This document shows positions 17,757-25,283 of a stretch of 28,496 nucleotides of DNA, one piece after another. The number at the start of each line of letters is the position of its first letter. Position 1 is the stretch's first letter. Under the pieces are notes generated by a model. That model made no database searches. It worked only from the letters and a program-made list of their open reading frames with translations, and was not told where the DNA came from. The stretch comes from a virus (lineage: Duplodnaviria > Caudoviricetes). Made by a program: the position numbers and the translations under genes. The stretch covers positions 1-28,496 of IMG/VR virus record IMGVR_UViG_3300043447_000435; one strand, given 5' to 3'.

Positions 17757-18725
17757 TTATGCAACTTTAGACTTAGATTTCATTTCCTCGTCATCCATAA
17801 CATCTTCCTCTTTTATACCATAACCCGCTTTAGGTTTGTGTTTTGGACCAATTCCTGGTTCGTATGGTGTTCTTGGTTTTGGTTTACCTGGACTTGTTCC
17901 TGGCTTAGTACCTGGACTTGTTTTAGGTTTTGTCGGTGCAGTTGCAGGACCTGAAGATTTAATTGAACTATAACTCATAAATTCAGGAACTTTTGGTTCA
18001 CTAACCTCAGACTCGTTCAATTTGTAATTAATTAATTCCATAATTTCATTTTTTGATGTAAAACTATGAAAATTTTCTTCAGCTAACGTCTTAACCCAAT
18101 TTTTTATTGACTGATTTTCATCTAAATGACTATGGTCACACTTACAATCTTTTGTATCTTTACCACAATCAGAACATTTCTTACTTTTAGTTTTTTTGCT
18201 AAAGTCCTTACTCTTTGTAGAAACTGCGTCTTGTTCACCCTTTTTATTTTTTATTGGGTTTCCGTCATCATCGTAAAAACGTAATAATTCGTCAACTGAT
18301 TTTTTCTTTTTTGTTGGTTCTTTATCACCTTTTTGTTTATTCTCAATATCTTTTTTCCAACCATCCATGAACTTATTATGTTCATGTTCAATTTCGTGAT
18401 CTTTAGGTTCTCTACCTAAATCTTTAGTTAATCTATCTTTAATTGCACCAATCACTATACCGTGTAATGATTCTCCTAAATCCTCTTCCTTTTTATCGTC
18501 CTCTTCGGTAACGTTAATATTTTGAACTCCACTTTGTTTAAGTTTAGTCATTACCTGATTGAAATTAGGGTCATTTACATTAGCGGTCACTTGAGGTTGA
18601 TTAGTAGACTCTTCAGACAAGATTCTTTTAGACAATTCTAAAAGTTGTTTATCTGTGAACTTAACTAATGTTTTTTCACTAAACCCTTCTTTAATGAGTT
18701 TACCTACTATTATATTTCTTTTCAT
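17757..18725 (-). CDS. Low-complexity modular hypothetical protein
   Basis: 322 aa with a CSDCGKDTKDCKCDH cluster, a P/T/K/G-rich tail and several L/I-x-E sites. Confidence 0.7.
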   Translation of the reverse strand: MKRNIIVGKLIKEGFSEKTLVKFTDKQLLELSKRILSEESTNQPQVTANVNDPNFNQVMTKLKQSGVQNINVTEEDDKKEEDLGESLHGIVIGAIKDRLTKDLGREPKDHEIEHEHNKFMDGWKKDIENKQKGDKEPTKKKKSVDELLRFYDDDGNPIKNKKGEQDAVSTKSKDFSKKTKSKKCSDCGKDTKDCKCDHSHLDENQSIKNWVKTLAEENFHSFTSKNEIMELINYKLNESEVSEPKVPEFMSYSSIKSSGPATAPTKPKTSPGTKPGTSPGKPKPRTPYEPGIGPKHKPKAGYGIKEEDVMDDEEMKSKSKVA

Positions 18726-19123
18726 ATATTCTTGAATTTTATTTCTTCCTTGATTAAAGGATAACTCCTTTGTTTAAGTTTTTTACTTACGGAATCCAAT
18801 GACTCCCCAAATTTGAATGTTAATCTTTCTGTGTCAACATTTATATCAAATTTTTCCCAAGCTAATGAAATTACACCATCTACTGCATCAATAACTCCGA
18901 AATAATCGGAGTCTTGAATTAATTCTAATTGTAAATCTGTGTCTTTTAATAATCCTACCAAATCAACATATTCAACAGATGGTGATTTAGGTAATGTCGT
19001 TGCTGCTGCCGGTATTACAAACCATTCATCCATGTCAATTTCATATGATTCACTAAAAATAAATTCATATTGTTTTTGACCTTTGTAATCGGAACCGATT
19101 TCATTGACATAGATTAGATGCAT
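18722..19123 (-). CDS. Hypothetical acidic protein
   Basis: 133-aa ORF tightly coupled to both neighbours. Confidence 0.7.
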   Translation of the reverse strand: MHLIYVNEIGSDYKGQKQYEFIFSESYEIDMDEWFVIPAAATTLPKSPSVEYVDLVGLLKDTDLQLELIQDSDYFGVIDAVDGVISLAWEKFDINVDTERLTFKFGESLDSVSKKLKQRSYPLIKEEIKFKNI

Positions 19124-19124
19124 T

Positions 19125-20201
19125 TTATTGATTAAAATATTTACTCAAAGTCTCACCAACCGCTTGACTGATGTGACTTTTTATTTCATCTAAATCAATT
19201 TCTTTCTCTTCTTCCATGTCCATACTGTTACCCATTTCTAAGTCAGCATGTTCACTAAAATCATTTACACCTTTTGATTCTTCTGGTTCGTCCCCATGTT
19301 CACCAGCCGCATATGATGATAAATCAATCTCATTATTTTGAACCGGAGTATTGATAAATGATTCCAATTTTTCCATTGCATCATCTGTTTCGTTTACTTC
19401 TTCTTCAGGTGCATCTTCTGATGATGGTTCTTCTTCATCTGAAGAATTGTCAAAATCACCAGCTTCGGTTTCTTCACGTTCAAATTTCTCACCTATTTCT
19501 TCAATATCGTCATCGTCTAACTTATCCAAATCAACTGCAGAAATAATCATGTTTAAAACGTATTTGATGTCATCGCTCTCCATTTTATCATGTAAATCTC
19601 TTAATTCTTGACCTAATTTACCAGCATATTTTTGAACTTCAGTCATGTAATCTGAACGTTTTGATTCTCCGTTCTCATCAGTTTCATCACCAGAACTTTC
19701 TCCACCCATATCAGGTGAAGGTGCTGCTGGTTCTTCTGCAGGTGGATTATCTAATGAACCCATATCATCACTTGGAGCAGCATCCATAGATGGAGCGGGT
19801 GCTTCAGGTGCTGGTGTAGGTTCAGCCACAGGTGCGGGTGCTGCATCTTGAGGTTTGTTTTGTTTTAAAACATACTTTGTAGCCTCATTTAACTCTTCTT
19901 GACCTTGTAATAAGTTCAATCTTTTAGCAGCTTCAGCATATGAAGAAAATCTATTTTTATTTTTCATGAACATCCCACCGATATAATCGAGTGAAGATTC
20001 ATTTAATCCTCTCTTTACGTAGTATCCGTCTTTTTCTTTAACGATACCGTAAACACCACCATTAGTTGATTCTTTAACCAACTCAGCTTTGTTCGCATTG
20101 GATTTTTTATTGTTTTCGTTGAAGTACGTAAGTTCAAGGATTCTTTTTAATTTCTCGTCACCTTGTAACTTTTCACTACCTAGAGGTTTTAATTCTGCCA
20201 T
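19125..20201 (-). CDS. Acidic, Pro/Ala-linker hypothetical protein (putative head/scaffold-like)
   Basis: 358 aa with leader ..KLKRILELTYFNE, LNES/LNEA sites and acidic low-complexity segments. Confidence 0.7.
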   Translation of the reverse strand: MAELKPLGSEKLQGDEKLKRILELTYFNENNKKSNANKAELVKESTNGGVYGIVKEKDGYYVKRGLNESSLDYIGGMFMKNKNRFSSYAEAAKRLNLLQGQEELNEATKYVLKQNKPQDAAPAPVAEPTPAPEAPAPSMDAAPSDDMGSLDNPPAEEPAAPSPDMGGESSGDETDENGESKRSDYMTEVQKYAGKLGQELRDLHDKMESDDIKYVLNMIISAVDLDKLDDDDIEEIGEKFEREETEAGDFDNSSDEEEPSSEDAPEEEVNETDDAMEKLESFINTPVQNNEIDLSSYAAGEHGDEPEESKGVNDFSEHADLEMGNSMDMEEEKEIDLDEIKSHISQAVGETLSKYFNQ

Positions 20202-20234
20202 TGTTTTGATATTAAGATAAACTTATTCTTATCC

Positions 20235-20242
20235 TATAAATA
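20235..20242 (-). promoter_or_regulatory. TATTTATA upstream motif
   Basis: + strand TATAAATA, 33 nt upstream of ATG 20201. Confidence 0.5.
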
Positions 20243-20271
20243 CATAGATATAGGGAAAAAAATATCGTTCT

Positions 20272-21051
20272 TTATTGTGTTATAGACAATTTCTTGTCTG
20301 TGATTTTTGATTTTAGTTTAATTAATTTTTCAATGTAACCGTTTCTCCTTAGTAATTTGAAGGTTAGGTTCTCATATGAGTACTCACCTCCACTCTCTAA
20401 ACCACATTGTCTGAACTCTTTAATTTTCTTTCTGAGAACATCGATTTTACTAATCACATCTTGTTTTTCGGATAATTTAACGAGATAGTCAATTTTTTTT
20501 GCATACTCCTCACCTTTTTCCAATATTTTTCTGTCATCGATATTCGGTGAATTTTTTTCAGGTTCAACCACCCATTTATTGTGTAATATGGAATACACTC
20601 CGGATGATACGTGTTCTTCATTGACGTCCTGAACATATAGTTCTACATCGTACCCTTTAATTTTTATATCGTGAGATTCATTCCAAACATTCTTTTTCGC
20701 GTCAAAAAATTCTTTAAAAATTTTACGCATTGCAATTGAGTTTGAATTTTTTTCATTACCAATTTCATCAAAATCGATAAGAATATGTAAATCCACGTCC
20801 GAATATTCTGACCAATTATAGTTAGACAATGAACCAGTCAACACTATATCGTGTATAAAAAACTCAATAGAAAGTGACTCAACAAAATTGTTAGATATTT
20901 CAAGTAAACGTTTTCTTATATCTTCACGCATGGAAAAATCACCATCAGAACCCTCGAAAATTTGGTCCGATAGTGATTCTTTCGGTTCAAAAGACTTAAC
21001 AATCTTCTTGTCCGTTTCTAAATCTTCAATAAGTTCTTCAAATAGACTCAT
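20272..21051 (-). CDS. Pol-beta superfamily nucleotidyltransferase
   Basis: LTGSLSNYNWSEYSDVDLHI gives the hGS..DxD signature; third acidic residue in DVELYVQD. Confidence 0.8.
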   Translation of the reverse strand: MSLFEELIEDLETDKKIVKSFEPKESLSDQIFEGSDGDFSMREDIRKRLLEISNNFVESLSIEFFIHDIVLTGSLSNYNWSEYSDVDLHILIDFDEIGNEKNSNSIAMRKIFKEFFDAKKNVWNESHDIKIKGYDVELYVQDVNEEHVSSGVYSILHNKWVVEPEKNSPNIDDRKILEKGEEYAKKIDYLVKLSEKQDVISKIDVLRKKIKEFRQCGLESGGEYSYENLTFKLLRRNGYIEKLIKLKSKITDKKLSITQ

Positions 21052-21293
21052 TTAATTTTTGTGAATTTGTAAGTTTTTCCAATACTTTCATTGAAAAATT
21101 TACCTTGTGAATCTGCCATTCTAAATTTAGTAAACACGTTCCAAGGTACTTTATTGTATACATAAATAGAGCCGTTATTAAATGTTACCGTTAAATCTTC
21201 AGTATCGGTTTCATAAAATGCGGATTGTAGATTTGAAGACTTGATTTCAATAGTGATTTTCTTACCTTCGATGTTTTCTTTTAGTATTGCCAT
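21048..21293 (-). CDS. KTSC domain protein
   Basis: SSNLQSAFY...LTVTFNNGSIYVYNKVP..VF..F..ADSQGKFFNESI; likely ATG 21293. Confidence 0.88.
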   Translation of the reverse strand: MAILKENIEGKKITIEIKSSNLQSAFYETDTEDLTVTFNNGSIYVYNKVPWNVFTKFRMADSQGKFFNESIGKTYKFTKIK

Positions 21294-21336
21294 AGTGTTA
21301 TATTTTATACTATAATATAACAAATAAATATCAAAT

Positions 21337-21364
21337 AAAAAACCCTCGATTAACGAGGGTTTTT
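21337..21364 (-). terminator. Intrinsic terminator
   Basis: AAAAACCCTCG-ATTAA-CGAGGGTTTTT. Confidence 0.8.
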
Positions 21365-21365
21365 A

Positions 21366-21527
21366 CTATTTACCAGATTTTAACTGATTCATAAGTCTAT
21401 CCTTAAGATTATCCTTTTTAGTGGTATCTTTAACAACAACTTCCTTGTTGTTACCTTGTCTTGCTCTTTTTTCTAACATAATATTGGCTTCTTCAATATT
21501 CTTACGTTTCATTTCAGATTTGTTCAT
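21366..21527 (-). CDS. Small basic hypothetical protein (53 aa; below the ORF-track cutoff)
   Basis: MNKSEMKRKNIEEANIMLEKRARQGNNKEVVVKDTTKKDNLKDRLMNQLKSGK; has its own TATTTATA motif (21541-21548) and terminator. Confidence 0.7.
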   Translation of the reverse strand: MNKSEMKRKNIEEANIMLEKRARQGNNKEVVVKDTTKKDNLKDRLMNQLKSGK

Positions 21528-21553
21528 ATTTTATCTTTATTATAAATAGTAAC

Positions 21554-21577
21554 AAAAAACCCCGAAAAATCGGGGTT
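21554..21577 (-). terminator. Intrinsic terminator after hsp20
   Basis: Minus strand AACCCCGA-TTTT-TCGGGGTT followed by a T tract. Confidence 0.8.
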
Positions 21578-21581
21578 CATG

Positions 21582-21950
21582 TTAATTAAGTGAAATCAAT
21601 CGTTCAATTGGTTTCTTTTTGTCAACCGGAAGTATTAATTCCAATACCCCATTAACAACTTTACCTTCAATGTCTTTTTCTTTAACATCATCAGGAATGT
21701 TGTAAGACTTGACAAAACTTTCAACAAAATAATCTTTCCCATCACCTTCTTCTTTAGTGAAAGAAATTCTCAATACACCTTCTTTTACTAAAATTTTAAG
21801 GTCTTCTTTGGTTAAACCTGGAACACTAACTTGAATTTTGTATTCGGTTTCAGTCTTATTAACCTTAGTTTCGGGTGTTTTTATGAAACGTGATGTTTCA
21901 AATGCACTTTCAAAGTTTTGAAAAAACGGATCTTTAAATAATGTTATCAT
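21582..21950 (-). CDS. Small heat-shock protein (Hsp20/alpha-crystallin)
   Basis: VSVPGLTKEDLKI, SFVKSYNIPDDV, VVNGVLELILP and a C-terminal I-x-L motif. Confidence 0.9.
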   Translation of the reverse strand: MITLFKDPFFQNFESAFETSRFIKTPETKVNKTETEYKIQVSVPGLTKEDLKILVKEGVLRISFTKEEGDGKDYFVESFVKSYNIPDDVKEKDIEGKVVNGVLELILPVDKKKPIERLISLN

Positions 21951-21992
21951 AGTTTTTATATTTTTTGTAATATACTAAACAAATTTTTTACC

Positions 21993-22049
21993 AAATGTCT
22001 AAAACTGACATTTAGACATACGTTAGACATTTTTTTAGACATTTTGTCT
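21993..22049. promoter_or_regulatory. Array of GACAT/ATGTC half-sites (putative operator) between divergent hsp20 and clpC
   Basis: TTAGACAT at 22012, 22023 and 22035; CTGACAT at 22005; inverted AATGTCTAA at 21994; AGACA-TTT-TGTCT at 22037. Confidence 0.55.
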
Positions 22050-22053
22050 TTTG

Positions 22054-22085
22054 TTTGGATATTTGTATATTATGTGTTATATTTG
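22054..22085 (+). promoter_or_regulatory. Bacteroidota primary-sigma promoter for clpC
   Basis: TTTG (22054-57), 20 nt spacer, TATATTTG (22078-85); matches the -33/-7 consensus TTTG / TAnnTTTG. Confidence 0.7.
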
Positions 22086-22107
22086 TATAAATTAAACTTA
22101 AATAATA

Positions 22108-24126
22108 ATGGCAGTAGATTTCTTCGAAGACGGAGGTCAAACTCTGAATCCAAAAAAAACCAGAAAAGGTTCTAACACACCCATTTTAGATAACTTTTCA
22201 AGAGACCTAATCAAACTTGCAGAGGAAGGTAAAATTGACCCTGTTGTTGGAAGGGATAAAGAAGTGAAAAGAATTGCTCAAATTCTTTCTCGTAAAAAAA
22301 AGAATAATGCGGTAATTGTTGGCGATGCGGGTGTGGGTAAATCTGCACTTGTTGAAAAATTAGCACTCTCAATTGTTAAAGGAGATTGCCCAACAAATCT
22401 ATTGGACAAACGAATTATGTCTTTAGATTTAACCTCTCTTGTTGCAGGTACAAAATATCGTGGTCAATTTGAAGAGAGAATTAAAGCCATTTTAAATGAA
22501 TTACAAGAAGCGCCAAATGTTATTGTATTCATAGATGAATTACACACAATGGTAGGTGCGGGTAATGCTAGTGGTTCAATGGACGCCGCTAATATTTTAA
22601 AACCTGCTTTAGCTCGAGGTGAAATGCAATGTATTGGAGCAACGACATTTGATGAATACAAAAAATCAATCGAGAAAGATGCTGCTTTAGTAAGACGTTT
22701 CCAAAAAATCGTATTAAAAGAACCGACTCAAAGTGAGACAGTTGATATCTTAAAAAACTTACAATCATCATATGAAAATTTTCATAAGGTAAAATACGAT
22801 GACGGTGTTATTGAAACTATTGTAAAATTATCAACGAGATATATTACTGATAGACAATTTCCTGATAAGGCAATTGATGTGTTGGATGAATTAGGATCTG
22901 AGAAAAAGATTTCATTACGAATTCCCGATTCAATTGAAAAATTGAAAAAGGCAGCAGATGAAATTAAAGAGAAAAAAATATTAGTTGTTAAAACTCAAAA
23001 TTATGAGGAGGCGGCTAAATTAAGAGATGGCGAAAGAAAGATTTTAGAAAAACTTGAGGACGAGAAAAGAAAGTGGTCCGAAAAACAAAAAGACAATAAA
23101 GTTCCCGTGAGTATCGATGATGTTTATGACATTATCACGAATATGACAGGAGTACCAATTACTAAATTAGATTCAAAGGAAACTGAGAAACTATTAAAAA
23201 TGGAAGATATATTATCCGCCAAGGTTATTGGACAAGAGGAAGCAATTGCATCCATATCTAAAGCAATTAGAAGAAATAGAGTTGGTATTAAAGATGGTAA
23301 TAAACCAATTGGTTCATTTATATTTTTAGGTTCAACCGGTGTCGGTAAAACGTTCTTAGCTAAATCAATTGCCGAATTATTGTTTGATGACCCCGATAAA
23401 ATCATTCGTGTTGATATGAGTGAATTCATGGATAGACACAATGTATCTAAACTGATTGGTTCTCCTCCAGGTTATGTTGGTTACGATGAAGGTGGTCAGT
23501 TAACTGAAAAGATTAAGAACAACCCATTCTCAGTAATCTTATTTGATGAAATTGAAAAGGCACATAAGGATGTATTCAATTTATTACTTCAAATTTTAGA
23601 TGAGGGTCATTTAACAGATTCATTTGGTCGTAAAGTAAATTTCACTAATACGATTGTAATCATGACATCTAATGTTGGTGCTAAGAAAGTATCCGAGTTT
23701 GGTGGTGGTGTTGGATTTAGTACAACTGGTAGTGATGAACAAAAGTATGAAGTTAGAAAAACAATGATACAAAAATCATTGAAACAACAATTCAATCCGG
23801 AATTTTTGAATCGTATTGATGACATTATTTTGTTTAACTCATTGAATGAGGAGACTCTTAAAAAAATCATATCAATTGAGTTATCTAAATTGAACTCAAG
23901 ATTGGTTGATAGAGGGTATAAAATCACCTTTGAGAAGACCTTGGTAAATCGTATTTACGAACTAAACAAACAAGAAGAATACGGTGCACGTCCACTTAAA
24001 AGGATTATTCAAAACTTATTGGAGGATTTCTTAAGTGAGGAAATATTAAAGGGCAATATAAAAGAGAATGAGCAAATAACTTTAAAGTACAAAGATGAAA
24101 ATCTTGTAATTGTGAAAAAAAGTTAA
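22108..24126 (+). CDS. clpC: ClpC-like AAA+ ATPase lacking the N-terminal Clp-repeat domain
   Basis: Two NBDs ([14 protein letters not shown]; [17 protein letters not shown]), UVR-type middle domain ([11 protein letters not shown]), VGF ClpP-docking-type loop, GARPLKR. Confidence 0.9.
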   Translation: MAVDFFEDGGQTLNPKKTRKGSNTPILDNFSRDLIKLAEEGKIDPVVGRDKEVKRIAQILSRKKKNNAVIVGDAGVGKSALVEKLALSIVKGDCPTNLLDKRIMSLDLTSLVAGTKYRGQFEERIKAILNELQEAPNVIVFIDELHTMVGAGNASGSMDAANILKPALARGEMQCIGATTFDEYKKSIEKDAALVRRFQKIVLKEPTQSETVDILKNLQSSYENFHKVKYDDGVIETIVKLSTRYITDRQFPDKAIDVLDELGSEKKISLRIPDSIEKLKKAADEIKEKKILVVKTQNYEEAAKLRDGERKILEKLEDEKRKWSEKQKDNKVPVSIDDVYDIITNMTGVPITKLDSKETEKLLKMEDILSAKVIGQEEAIASISKAIRRNRVGIKDGNKPIGSFIFLGSTGVGKTFLAKSIAELLFDDPDKIIRVDMSEFMDRHNVSKLIGSPPGYVGYDEGGQLTEKIKNNPFSVILFDEIEKAHKDVFNLLLQILDEGHLTDSFGRKVNFTNTIVIMTSNVGAKKVSEFGGGVGFSTTGSDEQKYEVRKTMIQKSLKQQFNPEFLNRIDDIILFNSLNEETLKKIISIELSKLNSRLVDRGYKITFEKTLVNRIYELNKQEEYGARPLKRIIQNLLEDFLSEEILKGNIKENEQITLKYKDENLVIVKKS

Positions 24127-24171
24127 TAAATACTTGACTTTTTCTTAAAGTTATATATATTTATATTCTCA

Positions 24172-24271
24172 TAGGTTCTCTTTGTCGATTACCTTTTCGT
24201 TTTTTTTAAAAGTAAGTGGGGTTGAACCCACCGAAAGACCTTAAAACCCCGACATCTCGTTGGGGTTTTTT
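24172..24271 (+). ncRNA. Candidate small structured RNA
   Basis: Preceded by CTTG-N19-TATATTTA, can fold into a three-way junction, ends in a strong terminator, and contains no ATG-initiated ORF. Confidence 0.4.
24243..24271 (+). terminator. Intrinsic terminator
   Basis: AAAACCCCGAC-ATCTC-GTTGGGGTTTTTT. Confidence 0.85.
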
Positions 24272-24277
24272 ATTTGA

Positions 24278-24309
24278 TTTGGTAATGTGGTAAATTTTTA
24301 GTATATTTA
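24278..24309 (+). promoter_or_regulatory. Bacteroidota-type promoter variant for the lipoprotein gene
   Basis: TTTG (24278-81), 20 nt spacer, TATATTTA (24302-09), 6 nt before the ATG. Confidence 0.5.
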
Positions 24310-24315
24310 CATTAT

Positions 24316-24534
24316 ATGAAAAAATATACATTTATTTTAGCTCTTGGTGTTACATTAACATTAGCAGCTTGTGGTTCAGGGTCAACCGCAGATCAAACAA
24401 CTGACTCTACAGCAGTTCAACCAGATACAACAGCAGTATCGACTGATTCTACAACATCGGGTTCAGTTGGTGGTGGAGCCGCTGACGTGAATTCAGACGT
24501 TCAGAAACCAACTTCTCACGAAGAAGTTAAATAA
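24316..24534 (+). CDS. Small Ser/Thr-rich lipoprotein
   Basis: MKK, a hydrophobic stretch and lipobox LAAC; mature part is low-complexity (TTDSTAV, DTTAV, TDSTT). Confidence 0.85.
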   Translation: MKKYTFILALGVTLTLAACGSGSTADQTTDSTAVQPDTTAVSTDSTTSGSVGGGAADVNSDVQKPTSHEEVK

Positions 24535-24541
24535 GAAACAA

Positions 24542-24570
24542 GGGTCGGTAATCCCGACCCAATTTCTTTT
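24542..24570 (+). terminator. Possible terminator/hairpin
   Basis: GGGTCGG-TAATC-CCGACCC followed by an interrupted T tract. Confidence 0.5.
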
Positions 24571-24587
24571 CATTTAAATCTAAAATA

Positions 24588-25010
24588 ATGGAAAATATTT
24601 TTACTGGCGATTTAATTCTTTTAAGAGGTTTACCCGGTTCAGGTAAATCAACATTTGCAAATGTTATTTTACAACAACCAAGTAACAATCCTCAAGAAGT
24701 GTTATCTGCCGATGATTTTTTTGTTAACAACGAAGGTGTTTATGTTTTTGATTCTTCAAAAATAAAAGAGGCACATAATTATTGTCAATTCAGGTGTTCC
24801 GAAAGAATGAGACAAGGTATTGCAAGAATTGTGGTGGCCAATACATTCACTCAAGAATGGGAAATGGAAGAATATTACAAAATGTCAGAAAGGTATAATT
24901 ATAGAGTTCATACTGTGATAATGGAAAATAGACACGGGAATGAAAATGTTCACGGAGTTCCCGACGATAAACTTCAACAAATGAAGAATAGGTTTGAAAT
25001 AAAATTATAG
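24588..25010 (+). CDS. P-loop polynucleotide kinase-like protein (AAA_33 / N4BP2-like)
   Basis: LLRGLPGSGKST, SADDFF, AHNYCQ, VVANTF..WE, NVHGVP..M..RFE. Confidence 0.85.
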   Translation: MENIFTGDLILLRGLPGSGKSTFANVILQQPSNNPQEVLSADDFFVNNEGVYVFDSSKIKEAHNYCQFRCSERMRQGIARIVVANTFTQEWEMEEYYKMSERYNYRVHTVIMENRHGNENVHGVPDDKLQQMKNRFEIKL

Positions 25011-25283
25011 ATGAGTCAATTTATTGAATCGTATTTTAAAACTTCTTCACCTACAAAAACAAAAATGAAACTTAGTTCACATTTATTTATAAATCAATGG
25101 GCAGTATACCCATTACCTTTTGTGTATCTTTATTTTGAAACATGTGAACCAGAATCACATAGTACATTATTCAAAAATAAAATATGTGCCGGATACTTGT
25201 CTTTTAATTGGTTGAAATGGACTTACAATATTGGAATTTATAAACCAAAAATTAATGTTAGAAACTTTAGAAAAATATCATAA
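25011..25283 (+). CDS. Hypothetical protein
   Basis: 90-aa aromatic-rich ORF within the kinase-ligase operon; start uncertain. Confidence 0.5.
   Translation: MSQFIESYFKTSSPTKTKMKLSSHLFINQWAVYPLPFVYLYFETCEPESHSTLFKNKICAGYLSFNWLKWTYNIGIYKPKINVRNFRKIS

Noticed and set aside
10409-21548. T4-type late promoters TATAAATA read on the + strand
   Set aside because: They would point away from the adjacent start codons and antisense into upstream genes; orientation tracks the coding strand as TATTTATA instead.
21993-22049. CIRCE/HrcA or CtsR operator, or replication iterons
   Set aside because: The sequence matches neither consensus, and no initiator gene is adjacent; left as an unknown operator.
455-23927. 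Numerous 60-140 aa antisense or nested ORFs (e.g. 455-757, 4712-5086, 8210-8464, 12715-13137, 23124-23441, 23607-23927)
   Set aside because: They lie within well-supported genes, show no motifs and have the composition expected of antisense shadows.
24172-24241. Hammerhead ribozyme (stem-CGAAA-stem with a UC at the junction)
   Set aside because: The required CUGANGA core is absent before the GTGGG stem.
24172-24245. Canonical tRNA gene
   Set aside because: The T-loop-like element has 6 nt rather than TTCRANY, and there is no D-arm, proper anticodon arm or CCA; kept only as a candidate ncRNA.
24588-25283. Stop-codon reassignment or readthrough (TAG directly followed by in-frame ATG at 25008-25013; TAA-ATG at 4749-4754)
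   Set aside because: Genes are full length and densely packed under code 11, and the kinase ends where its family normally ends.
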